Shown in pieces: positions 12,252-21,843 of a stretch of DNA of 64,000 nt; the stretch's first letter is position 1; each line of letters opens with the position of its first letter. A program made the position numbers and the translations under genes. This DNA is from a bacterium. Lineage in GTDB: Bacteria; Patescibacteriota; Dojkabacteria; JAKAPS01; JAJZLI01. Under the pieces are notes generated by a model. The model had not been told where the DNA came from, made no database searches, and was given only the letters and a program-made list of their open reading frames with translations. Location of the stretch: positions 326,087 through 390,086 of the forward strand of contig JAKAWT010000001.1 in the NCBI GenBank assembly GCA_021816845.1, written 5' to 3'.

Positions 12252-13256
12252 ATGGAAACAGAGCCTGCAATATTAGAAAAAGTTGATGCTACAAAAGATT
12301 CTCCAAATATGGAAATGGAGGAATCTTCTGCATCTTATATAAATAAAAATTATAGATCCCATAAAAAAAATCAGGGTAAATTGTCAGTTCTTGGAGTGGC
12401 AGTTATAGCAGCAGCTACATTTGTTGGAGCTTCTGAAATCCCTCAAAAACCTGGGACATTTGGAGATGCTATTACTACCCAACAAAAAGAACACAATAGG
12501 CCAAATGTAAATGAAAAAATTATTGTACACTCTGCATCATCAGGCCAAGTATCTGTGGATATAAGATTCCCTGCTATACATCCAATGATTTCAAATGAAA
12601 CAATCCCACCAGAAGGGTTAATAGTTAGCGATGTACCGTATTATTCTCAAATATACACTGAAGATTGTGAGACAGCATCTTTACAGATGGCTTTAGCTCA
12701 AATTGGGATAAATCTCTCACAGCAGGAATTACTAGCTAAAGAAAATGTACAGGTAGAAGCTCCTGTAATGGATGGATCCTCAATTGAAAAATGGGGAGAT
12801 CCGTATACATCTTTTGTTGGTGATCCTAATGGTAATCAATTATCATATCCTCCAACAGGGTATGGGACATACTATTCTAATATATCAAGACTGGCAGAAG
12901 GTGTAGGAGCCAACGTTCTCTGGTCTGGAACTGGACTAACACAGGGTCAAATATATCAATATATCAGAGAAAATCATCCTATAATTGCATGGGTAGATGA
13001 TAATAACTCTGGTACGTTAGAATATTCTTCATCTTTATATTGGACGGCCTTTGATGGAAAGAAAATAGGATATCCGGCTTCTGGTAATGAACATAATGTT
13101 CTTATAACAGGTATACGTAGAGTTGGGAACAATATAGAAGTATTAATAAATGACCCCTTAAAATTTATAGGACCAGAATGGGTTTCTTTTGATAGTCTTT
13201 GGAACTCTATGAAAACTTTTAATTATATGGGTGTTGTACTAAGTAATAAGGGTTAA
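12252..13256 (+). CDS. Membrane-anchored peptidase C39-like protein
   Basis: Cytoplasmic tail plus TM, then YSQIYTEDCETASLQMAL...EHNVLITG...NDP; ATG 12252 preferred. Confidence 0.8.
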   Translation: METEPAILEKVDATKDSPNMEMEESSASYINKNYRSHKKNQGKLSVLGVAVIAAATFVGASEIPQKPGTFGDAITTQQKEHNRPNVNEKIIVHSASSGQVSVDIRFPAIHPMISNETIPPEGLIVSDVPYYSQIYTEDCETASLQMALAQIGINLSQQELLAKENVQVEAPVMDGSSIEKWGDPYTSFVGDPNGNQLSYPPTGYGTYYSNISRLAEGVGANVLWSGTGLTQGQIYQYIRENHPIIAWVDDNNSGTLEYSSSLYWTAFDGKKIGYPASGNEHNVLITGIRRVGNNIEVLINDPLKFIGPEWVSFDSLWNSMKTFNYMGVVLSNKG

Positions 13257-13263
13257 TTAGCAT

Positions 13264-13893
13264 CTATATAGTATTATTAAACCATTCATCGTCAGATACC
13301 CTTTTTCTATGTTCCGAATTTTTTAGTAAGGAATAAACTAATAATCCTCCAGTTTTAGCATGTTTGCCTTGGTATCCAAAATGCCAATCCAGAAATTTTA
13401 GTGATTCAAATGTTGTAGGATAAGTATCTTTTATTCTTTTCCAAAGAGTTTCAATACTATCACTCATAAGATTGGATGCAATATAATGTTGAATATCAAT
13501 AAATAGCCTAGATTGCCTCATATTGGATCTGTCTAATTCTGATAATCTGGGTAATCTCCCCCCAGAAGAAGATGTCAATGTTACAAGTTCTCCGTACGTA
13601 AGACCAACCCCCATTAAAAAGGCATCAACATTTTTTGGATGACTTCGTTTGTACTCAGCCCGCCTTAAGGTTGGCCACCCACTTAATGGTCTAGCATCTA
13701 GCCAATCTTCAAGACTACGATCTCCTATAACAGCACCAATTAGCGAAGAAAGCTCTGTATCAGACTCTCTTATTTCTTGTAATCCAAAAATAGGGAATGA
13801 TATATCAGAATAAGGGGTAATTTCACTGATTGGCGGTACACTAATAGGTTTACTATTCTCTGAGGAATCAAAGAATAATTCTAAATTTGACAT
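13264..13893 (-). CDS. Hypothetical protein, local paralog family member 1
   Basis: Shares F-x-x-G-x-x-x-x-Y-x-[DE]L...LP-x-L...YP...G-x-L-x-x-[FY]-x-x-L[KR] with ORFs at 20119 and 20782; ATG 13893 follows a TATAAT. Confidence 0.7.
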   Translation of the reverse strand: MSNLELFFDSSENSKPISVPPISEITPYSDISFPIFGLQEIRESDTELSSLIGAVIGDRSLEDWLDARPLSGWPTLRRAEYKRSHPKNVDAFLMGVGLTYGELVTLTSSSGGRLPRLSELDRSNMRQSRLFIDIQHYIASNLMSDSIETLWKRIKDTYPTTFESLKFLDWHFGYQGKHAKTGGLLVYSLLKNSEHRKRVSDDEWFNNTI

Positions 13894-14031
13894 ATAAACC
13901 AAAATAATTATACAGATTGTATGATTAAATATAGGTGCTGTCAATATGATGTCATGCGTGCAGTGCATGATGGTATACAACTTATGGACTTAGATCCCTA
14001 CTACAATAAGCTCAGAGAATAGTAGCAAGAG

Positions 14032-14077
14032 TGAAAGGAAATTTAATGAAAAGCTCTCAGTAAACTAGTTCCTTTCA
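14032..14077. terminator. Hairpin downstream of the S8 gene
   Basis: tgaaaggaa ... ttcctttca with additional inner pairing. Confidence 0.45.
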
Positions 14078-14132
14078 AACTATAAATGGTTTTAGGATAA
14101 TACTATTTATAGTAATAATTCTATCTTTGGGC

Positions 14133-16349
14133 TTAAAATAAAAATTGTGGAGTTTCTATGTTATATGTACTTCCATAGAATTGAGCATTTCCAAATGTAT
14201 ACACTGCTCCATTATTTGTTAGGATATAATAACCATTGTTGTTAGAATTAATCTCAAATCCAACGGGTACGTCTGATGGTTGACCTGGGATATTGTACAT
14301 AGAACCATAGAATTGAGCATTTCCAAATGTATACACTGCTCCATCCTTTGTTACAAGGTAGTATCCATTTGTGGTTAGTGCGAATGTAACAGTAGTCTTT
14401 ACTGGAGCATTTGGGATATTAAATACAGATCCTTGAAATTGAGCGTTTCCAAATGTATACACTGCTCCATTTGAAGTTACAATATAATATCCGTTACCCG
14501 ATGGGGTTAGAGCAAAAGCAACAGGTGTCCTATCTGGTACTGCAGATTGAGGTATATTATATAATGATCCTTGGAATACGGCATCTCCAAAAGTGTATAC
14601 ACCTCCATCAGCTGTCAGAATATAATATCCATTCCCCGAAGGTGTTGTTGCCATGGCTATTGGGGTTTTTACCGGAGCATTTGGGATATTATATATTGAT
14701 CCATAAAATCGAGCATCCCCAAAAGTATATACACCTCCATCAGAAGTTAATATATAGTAACCTTTCTTATCTGGAGTTGTTATTGCTGTGATAGGAGTCC
14801 TGCTTGGAATAGTTCCTTGTACGGTTGTTAAATCACCATAATATGATCCTGCACCAAAAGTATATACTTCTCCATTTTGCCCTAATATATTGTATTCTTC
14901 ACCAGAATTTTGAATTTGTAACATTGCATTTATATTCAAAAGTCCGTAGCCATATGTGTTGTTTATCCCACCTTGGAGTCTTGTTGATGATTCTTTAAAA
15001 AGTAGATTTATACTTTGTGGATTCTGTACTCCATACTTTGCATCATACAAAGCTATTGCTGCTACAGCTTGAGGAGCAGAAAAAGATGTTCCTACCAAAT
15101 ATTCATTAGAGAATGATGTGTATGAGGTTACATTATTAGTATCATATCCAGTATATGTTTGTTGATATACCAAAGGTGTGTTATATCCTACTGGAGCAAC
15201 CAAGGTCTGACAATTCCCAAGATTGGAACAGCCATAATTTGAATAAGAAGTTAGTAAGTTTTGTGAATTAGAAGCTCCAACTGCAATAACTCCTGGATAT
15301 CCAGCTGGGTAAGCTAAAGATGAAGAAGATTCGTTTCCTGATGATGCAACCACGCTAATACCATTATTAATTGCATCCTCTATTTCTGTCTCTTCAGCAG
15401 AGGATGGGGTCATTGATTCTATAGATAGGTTTATTATATTTGCATGGTGATCTATTGCCCATTGTATACCCATTATCTCAGCAGATACAGGAACTCCTTG
15501 GGAATTCCCTATCTTTACAGGCATAATAGTAGAATTGAAGGCAATTCCTGCTGTCCCATACAAAGTGGATCCTGAAGCATCATTATTAGTTGAAGATGCA
15601 ATAACTCCTGTTACATACGTCCCATGTCCTACACTATCATATGGATTATATTCATTAACAGTCTGGTTGTTATATACAGCTAGAGCATTGTATGGGTCTA
15701 CAATATTTAAATTTGCAAGTGAAGGAGCTTGGCCATACACTGTCCCTGTGAGTGGATTGGTATAGTTTGTGTATGCAACTCCACTATCAAGTACAGCGAC
15801 AATGATATTTGAAGATCCACCCAAAGACGGAGTAAACCCTGAGTTTGACACTACAGGAGCATTGATCATAAATAAGTTCTTTTGATAGTTTATATCTACA
15901 TTATTAGGAAGCGTTGAGAAAGATCGTATATAGTTAGGAGTAACTGATTTAACATTTGAGGTTTCCTCTAATCCTGTAAGAAAATTTTTATAACTCTCAT
16001 TCTGAGGTCTTTTCACTATTGCAACGGAATTATTTACATTTATAACTGATGATTGAGACCCTGTGAGTCCCGATCCTGAGGATCCTGATCCTGTGGATCC
16101 ATGAATCTTATTAATACTTGATCCATTTTTATATACAACAATAGCTTCATTACTATTATAGTTTTGATTATGAATGAGGGAGTATACTCTAGATTGAACA
16201 GATTGATTCTGTGTGGATCGAGATCCAACGGTTCCATATGCATAGATATTAATTCTAGATACACTAACACCAAAAGCAAAAGGTAATATAAAAATAGAAA
16301 CTAATCCTAAAGATAGGTATATTTTTTTTATAATTACTTTTTCCTTCAT
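14133..16349 (-). CDS. Secreted S8 subtilisin-like serine protease with C-terminal repeat module
   Basis: Catalytic VAVLDSG, GHGT, GTSFSAP; six ~43-aa GYYILT-x-DGGVYTFG-x-A-x-FYGS repeats. Confidence 0.92.
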   Translation of the reverse strand: MKEKVIIKKIYLSLGLVSIFILPFAFGVSVSRINIYAYGTVGSRSTQNQSVQSRVYSLIHNQNYNSNEAIVVYKNGSSINKIHGSTGSGSSGSGLTGSQSSVINVNNSVAIVKRPQNESYKNFLTGLEETSNVKSVTPNYIRSFSTLPNNVDINYQKNLFMINAPVVSNSGFTPSLGGSSNIIVAVLDSGVAYTNYTNPLTGTVYGQAPSLANLNIVDPYNALAVYNNQTVNEYNPYDSVGHGTYVTGVIASSTNNDASGSTLYGTAGIAFNSTIMPVKIGNSQGVPVSAEIMGIQWAIDHHANIINLSIESMTPSSAEETEIEDAINNGISVVASSGNESSSSLAYPAGYPGVIAVGASNSQNLLTSYSNYGCSNLGNCQTLVAPVGYNTPLVYQQTYTGYDTNNVTSYTSFSNEYLVGTSFSAPQAVAAIALYDAKYGVQNPQSINLLFKESSTRLQGGINNTYGYGLLNINAMLQIQNSGEEYNILGQNGEVYTFGAGSYYGDLTTVQGTIPSRTPITAITTPDKKGYYILTSDGGVYTFGDARFYGSIYNIPNAPVKTPIAMATTPSGNGYYILTADGGVYTFGDAVFQGSLYNIPQSAVPDRTPVAFALTPSGNGYYIVTSNGAVYTFGNAQFQGSVFNIPNAPVKTTVTFALTTNGYYLVTKDGAVYTFGNAQFYGSMYNIPGQPSDVPVGFEINSNNNGYYILTNNGAVYTFGNAQFYGSTYNIETPQFLF
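16050..16100. repeat. 15-nt palindromic-core array inside the S8 propeptide
   Basis: tgattgagaccctgt / gagtcccgatcctga / ggatcctgatcctgt / ggatcc; encodes GSTGSGSSGSGLTGS. A single GGATC-GA-GATCC also lies at 16215-16226. Confidence 0.85.
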
Positions 16350-16370
16350 CTATCTTTGGGTCTAATTATA

Positions 16371-18476
16371 CTATTGTACAACATTAATGTTTGAAGTGGA
16401 ATTAAAATTACCTATTCCAGTCCCATCATAAGTAGCATTACCAAATGTATATACTCCACCATCTTGAGTTAGTATATAGTAACCTTGGTTTTGAGGAGTA
16501 ACCCCAAAAGCTTTAGGTGTTTTTACAGGAGCATTTGGTATGTTAAACATTGATCCTTCAAATACTGCATCTCCGAATGTGTATACGGCTCCATCAGCTG
16601 TTATCAGATAATATCCATTCCCTGATGGAGTTAGAGCAAATGTCACAGTGGTTTTTACAGGAGCATTAGGAATATTAAATACAGATCCATGAAATTGAGC
16701 ATCTCCGAATGTGTATACGGCTCCATTTGAAGTTACAATATAATATCCATTCCCTGAGGGTGTTAGTGCAAAAGCAACAGGTGTTCTATCTGGTACAGCA
16801 GAGGCTGGAATATTGTATAGTGACCCCTGGAATTTAGCATCGCCAAATGTATAAACACCTCCATCAGCTGTTAGTACATAATAACCACCTCCATCTGGGG
16901 TAGTTACTATTGATATAGGTGTTTTTACAGGGGCATTAGGAATATTGAATACAGATCCATAAAATTTTGCATTACCAAATGTATATATTCCTCCATCCTG
17001 AGTTAGTATATAGTAACCAAGATCATTTGGTGTTGTAGCAATATTTACAGCATTATAATTTGGAGCTCCACTTACATATGACATATCTCCATAATAGTTA
17101 GCGTTTCCAAATGTTAGAACTCTACCATGTCCTGATAAAAGATAATATGCTGATGCAGTGGATGAGAAAACAGTGTTAGATATAAAGAATTGGTTTATTG
17201 GATTCCATAAAGCTAATGATGGTTCTTGATAACCGAGTGTCCATAAACTAACACCACGAAGGTTATTATCTAATACTTGTTGGTATGTTAGAGACAATGA
17301 TTCAGGGTTCTCATAAAAACCTTCTCTCATTTGATCCCCAGATGCACAATTTGGAGGAGTGTCATTTGAAGGATAACAATACCCATACCATGGGGTGGAG
17401 GATATTGAATCCCAATGTTTTGTACTAGCATTTTTATATTGATCATTGGTTTGACCATAAGGTTCTTCTATCCCTGTCCCAGAGATTGCATTTGCATAAA
17501 GATTGAAGGATGTAGTTGCAGTATCATTCCCATAATATGGGACTCCCAATATTATCTTATTAGCTGAAGCAACAGATGCGTAATCCTTTATTGTTTGCTT
17601 GACATCATACCAAAAAGGACCATTCCCGTTGTTATAACCAGTCAATGGTGCATTAGGATATGCTTGAGAGGATGATGAAGTATAAAAATCATAAGCCATT
17701 ACATTTATTGCGTCTGCTGCATTAGCTAGTGCAGGTATATCATATAGTGATCCAGTCCAGTGTGCTGCAGATGCAAAAGTATCTACACTGACAAAAGATC
17801 CAGGGACTTGTGAATGCATCTGACTTGTAAGATTAGATACAAAAGTTGTAAAGTTATTTATTGTTGTTTGATTAGGATTTCCTTCAGTAGATGGGTTATA
17901 TTCAAAATCTATATTGACCCCTTGTAGATTAAATGATTGTACTTTTGATATAGTGTTAGTAATAAGATTTTGTGCTACAGACGGAGTATTTACTACACTT
18001 TGTATATCAGATAGGTTAAAAATTTTGATTGTTAATACAACTCTAACATTATTCTGATGTGCTAAATTTACCATATCTACAAATTGGCTTGAGTATAAAC
18101 CTTGATATCCAGGATCATTAGGTGCATTAGTACCAAAGTTTCCACTGGAATCTGATGTTATACCAAAGTAAGCAATAGTTGTTAAGTTGTTATATTCATA
18201 AGATTGGTAAGCATTACTTGATAAATCCCAATAAGGAGCAAACCCCATAACTTCTTTTTCTTGTCCAGATGGACCATATGCTGCAAATTGACTGGGCATA
18301 GGATTTGGTTTTGTTTTTGCAGGTGTGAAATTATAAGTCTTATTTTTATACTCATTATTTAAAAGTATATTTCCAATTTGAGAATTGGGGGGAGGTGTAG
18401 ATGCAAATACAGTACCCGTAAACAAAAACAAGGAAAAGAATACTGATATAGACAGAATTATTTTTACTCTACTCAT
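16371..18476 (-). CDS. Secreted GH18 glycoside hydrolase with C-terminal repeat module
   Basis: QGVNIDFEY, VMAYDF, KIILGVPYYG, LRGVSLWTLG; six GYY-x-x-T-x-DGGVYTFG repeats. Confidence 0.9.
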   Translation of the reverse strand: MSRVKIILSISVFFSLFLFTGTVFASTPPPNSQIGNILLNNEYKNKTYNFTPAKTKPNPMPSQFAAYGPSGQEKEVMGFAPYWDLSSNAYQSYEYNNLTTIAYFGITSDSSGNFGTNAPNDPGYQGLYSSQFVDMVNLAHQNNVRVVLTIKIFNLSDIQSVVNTPSVAQNLITNTISKVQSFNLQGVNIDFEYNPSTEGNPNQTTINNFTTFVSNLTSQMHSQVPGSFVSVDTFASAAHWTGSLYDIPALANAADAINVMAYDFYTSSSSQAYPNAPLTGYNNGNGPFWYDVKQTIKDYASVASANKIILGVPYYGNDTATTSFNLYANAISGTGIEEPYGQTNDQYKNASTKHWDSISSTPWYGYCYPSNDTPPNCASGDQMREGFYENPESLSLTYQQVLDNNLRGVSLWTLGYQEPSLALWNPINQFFISNTVFSSTASAYYLLSGHGRVLTFGNANYYGDMSYVSGAPNYNAVNIATTPNDLGYYILTQDGGIYTFGNAKFYGSVFNIPNAPVKTPISIVTTPDGGGYYVLTADGGVYTFGDAKFQGSLYNIPASAVPDRTPVAFALTPSGNGYYIVTSNGAVYTFGDAQFHGSVFNIPNAPVKTTVTFALTPSGNGYYLITADGAVYTFGDAVFEGSMFNIPNAPVKTPKAFGVTPQNQGYYILTQDGGVYTFGNATYDGTGIGNFNSTSNINVVQ

Positions 18477-18597
18477 AGTATTTTAAGCTATCAAATATGT
18501 TGATACTTGTCAATTTATATAAAACTCAAGTAGAGAAAATGTCTCAATATTGCAGATCCTGATTCTTAGGGAAATTACATAAACATAATAAGATAAT

Positions 18598-19917
18598 TTA
18601 CTGTCCATACCAGTATTGGGCAATCATTCCAATACCTGCAACTTCGTTTGTGTTCCAATCCTGACCAGATGCTAGTCCAGATACAGTTCCTTGAACCGTG
18701 AATGTAGCACCATTTTGAGTGTCCCCATTCGTATTTGTTGCTGAAAGTCCATAAAAATTGAATGATGATGTATTCCATGCACCATTTAATCCACATGTAT
18801 TAGGGCAATCTCCTACTGTTATATTTGTTGGGCCAAAGGTGTCGTTTACAGTATCACCATTTGCCCTTGCATTACCCTCAATATTAAAGAACAACCTAGG
18901 TGATAAGCTCACTGTTACGTCAGCTATAGGAGTTCCGTTCACATAAAATACTGCAGTAGAATCTTGTGGCCACCAGGCAAGTTCAACATTCGTAGGACTA
19001 TTTGAGGCTTGAGCTAGATACTCATAAGTGAACACTCCATTTTGTACTCTCTCCCATGCATAATAAGGTTGTCCATGAGATGAAGCAGAGGTTGAATCTG
19101 TTTGTATTCCTACAGATATAGCATTATTATATGCATCATGAGCATTGATGTATGCAGAATATCCAGTTCCTGAACCTGATTCTGTTATTGTGTCAGTGTA
19201 TGTAAAATAAGGATTTCCAGCTGGAACTACAACTGGGTTTGGCACTACAGATCCAGGAGTAAATGATATTCCTGTGAATGTAGTATCACAAATATCCCCA
19301 GTTTCTCTTGCTGCAGCTAAAAATGATATTGATGGATTATTCTCCAAAACAGGATAAACACCCAATGTTACTTGATTATCTATAGTTACTGATATTCCAG
19401 AAGATGTCCATGTTACTTGAAGATGATGAGAAGTTCCAGTTATTGCTCCTCCTGGCCAATATCCTCCAACAGGAACACCATTAGCAGCACCTTCTACCAT
19501 TATTGTTATACCATTAGGAGATACACCAGGATCATGAATAAATCCAAAAGCTATATAGTTTTTAGGATCATTCCAAAACTGTACCAATCCTTTATATCCT
19601 GTCCCTGATCCATATGAACAAACCCCATTTGGACAATATGTTCCCTTTAAATCTACACTCAAAGTTCCTGATGATGATCCTCTGTACGTTGTTGTAGCCC
19701 CAGATTGATAATTTACAGGACCTGTTCCCCAAGCTCCTTGAGTTTGCCTCATACCCCATGCATGAACAGTACTTCCATATGTAGATGTAGTTGCATATAA
19801 ACCTGGGTCCCAAGAATACGGAGATAATTGTGCTGATGCGGCAAAAGATTTATGAGCTACAAGGGTAAATATCGTAGCTATAGTAAATAAAAATATTAAT
19901 GATTTTAAAACTTTCAT
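18598..19917 (-). CDS. Secreted beta-rich protein with duplicated lectin/ConA-like domain
   Basis: Signal peptide; two internal repeats GSGTGY...N-x-I-x-x-G...W...AR-x-x-GD-x-x-x-x-TF. Confidence 0.65.
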   Translation of the reverse strand: MKVLKSLIFLFTIATIFTLVAHKSFAASAQLSPYSWDPGLYATTSTYGSTVHAWGMRQTQGAWGTGPVNYQSGATTTYRGSSSGTLSVDLKGTYCPNGVCSYGSGTGYKGLVQFWNDPKNYIAFGFIHDPGVSPNGITIMVEGAANGVPVGGYWPGGAITGTSHHLQVTWTSSGISVTIDNQVTLGVYPVLENNPSISFLAAARETGDICDTTFTGISFTPGSVVPNPVVVPAGNPYFTYTDTITESGSGTGYSAYINAHDAYNNAISVGIQTDSTSASSHGQPYYAWERVQNGVFTYEYLAQASNSPTNVELAWWPQDSTAVFYVNGTPIADVTVSLSPRLFFNIEGNARANGDTVNDTFGPTNITVGDCPNTCGLNGAWNTSSFNFYGLSATNTNGDTQNGATFTVQGTVSGLASGQDWNTNEVAGIGMIAQYWYGQ

Positions 19918-20118
19918 TAGATATAATTTAGAGGATTATGTATTTTTAGTCAAGACCACACACACATTGTGGTTGCTAATAATAAAAATATTGAGAGATT
20001 GGAGTCAAAAAAGCTTTCTTCACTTTATTTTATTATACCTAATCTAATTCAAGCTCAAAAAGCCCTTTTAAAAAAATCTTTTTATTTATTAGTAGAAACT
20101 GAGGGCTTCCAATAAGTA

Positions 20119-20685
20119 TTAATATGAGTAATGTATACAATTAAAATCTTCTAGTCTTAAAAGGGAGAAAGTTAGTATTGCACCCAAAAAGCAAGAGGAT
20201 TTATATCCTCCATATGTAGTTTTCATATATTTAAGATCTTTGGGATACTCCGTTTCTATCTGATCTAAAAGTTCATCTATACTCCTTCCTACAATTTTAT
20301 TCCCAATTATCACTGTTCTCCTTATATCAATTAAAAGATCACTTCCTATTATCCTTGAGAAAAGATCTTCTTCAACTTTTGGTAAAGGTATTTCAAATTT
20401 TTGATGTAATTCTCTGATATCTGAATAAAGACCAAAAGATCCTCTTTTAAATAGACCATCTTTTCTCTCTCCATTCTCTGTATCAATGGGTACTCCTCCA
20501 ACTCTTTTTGTTACTAAATTTAAAATTTTTACTAAACATGGTTGTGTTCTTTCAAACTCTTCACTGGTTATTCCATTGGGTTTATAACCAAGTTCAATAA
20601 GGGGCGGGATATCTACTGCCTTTTCCATACCAGTGCTGTGAATCTTTTGACTTTCACATACCAATATTTGTTCTACAGTATTCAT
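20119..20685 (-). CDS. Hypothetical protein, local paralog family member 2
   Basis: YSDIR, LPKV, SDLLIDI, YPKDL, LGAILTFSLLRLE. Confidence 0.7.
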   Translation of the reverse strand: MNTVEQILVCESQKIHSTGMEKAVDIPPLIELGYKPNGITSEEFERTQPCLVKILNLVTKRVGGVPIDTENGERKDGLFKRGSFGLYSDIRELHQKFEIPLPKVEEDLFSRIIGSDLLIDIRRTVIIGNKIVGRSIDELLDQIETEYPKDLKYMKTTYGGYKSSCFLGAILTFSLLRLEDFNCIHYSY

Positions 20686-20781
20686 ACTGTATCTTATAAT
20701 ATATCCCTGAAACAATTTGTCAAGAATGCTACTTTGATAAAATCATAAGAATTTCTAAAATGAGATGTAGGTGGAAATTAT

Positions 20782-21639
20782 CTATTTATGTTTAGTTCTG
20801 ACTACTCTATCAAAAAAGTGACGAGCAACTCCATGCTCTGTTTTTCTTGCTTTGGATATCTCTTTCACAAATATTTCTGATATTTTATCCATACTACCTT
20901 TATGTTTTGCAATAAGTGCCAATCTAAGATGAAGGTATTTTAAAATTATGGATTGATCTCGTATAGGGAGACTAGTCTCATCAAATAATTCGACAATTTT
21001 ACTAACTATGGCAGATTTCCATTCCTTTGAATTATATAAAAGTGGAGTATATGCGAGGCTCTTTTCTTGGGCTATGGAGGTTTGGTTAGTGTTTTGTCTA
21101 TAATCTTTATCTTCTTCAAGCTTTAATGTAGCAAATACAAACAAAGCCCCTAAAGTCTCATGTGAATAAAGGTTTTGTGGGTATTTTCTTTTTATATACC
21201 CAAAATCTTTAGGATACCTATGGTTAATTTCACCTATAAATTGGTGAATAATATCACCACGTGCTATACCATCTTCAACAAAACCAGACAAAGATTCAAA
21301 CAAATCTGATTCTAGAATCTTTGTGAGATTATGGTCTGATAATTGTGGCAATGTGACTTTTTGATCTGATGCTAATGCTCTTAGATCCGAGTATATAGAT
21401 AATCCACCACAGGTAAATTTATCTTGATTCTCCTTATCTTTGTGTTTACTGACATCTCTATGTGCGGCATCTTGGTGCATGGCATCTTGATGCACGATAC
21501 TATTTAAGAGTTTTGATAGATTAGGATCTCCCCTTTCAAATTCCTCTATACTTATCTCCAGGGGGTTAGGATCTCTTTCTTGTAAAGTAGGTACAACACC
21601 ATTTTCTTTTTTATTATCAAACTCTACGGGATCGGTCAT
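20782..21639 (-). CDS. Hypothetical protein, local paralog family member 3
   Basis: YSDLR, LPQL, SDLFESL, YPKDF, LGALFVFATLKLE; extra C-terminal helical region. Confidence 0.7.
   Translation of the reverse strand: MTDPVEFDNKKENGVVPTLQERDPNPLEISIEEFERGDPNLSKLLNSIVHQDAMHQDAAHRDVSKHKDKENQDKFTCGGLSIYSDLRALASDQKVTLPQLSDHNLTKILESDLFESLSGFVEDGIARGDIIHQFIGEINHRYPKDFGYIKRKYPQNLYSHETLGALFVFATLKLEEDKDYRQNTNQTSIAQEKSLAYTPLLYNSKEWKSAIVSKIVELFDETSLPIRDQSIILKYLHLRLALIAKHKGSMDKISEIFVKEISKARKTEHGVARHFFDRVVRTKHK
21451..21495. repeat. 3 x 15-nt array with GCATC-TT-GATGC core
   Basis: gacatctctatgtgc / ggcatcttggtgcat / ggcatcttgatgcac; encodes HQDAMHQDAAHRDVS. Confidence 0.85.
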
Positions 21640-21843
21640 GTTTGTATTGTATAAGACCTATAATATTTTGTCAATAATATATAAGGATTATGATTCGTTG
21701 ATAATACTGCTAGAGATAGATTTTGGAGATATTTATTCCTACAATCATGTGTTGATGTATTACATTGATATTTTTTTACTTAATACTGAAATATGTAAAT
21801 TTTCTTGATAATTAAAGGGTTTTAAAATATAATAGTCACATCT

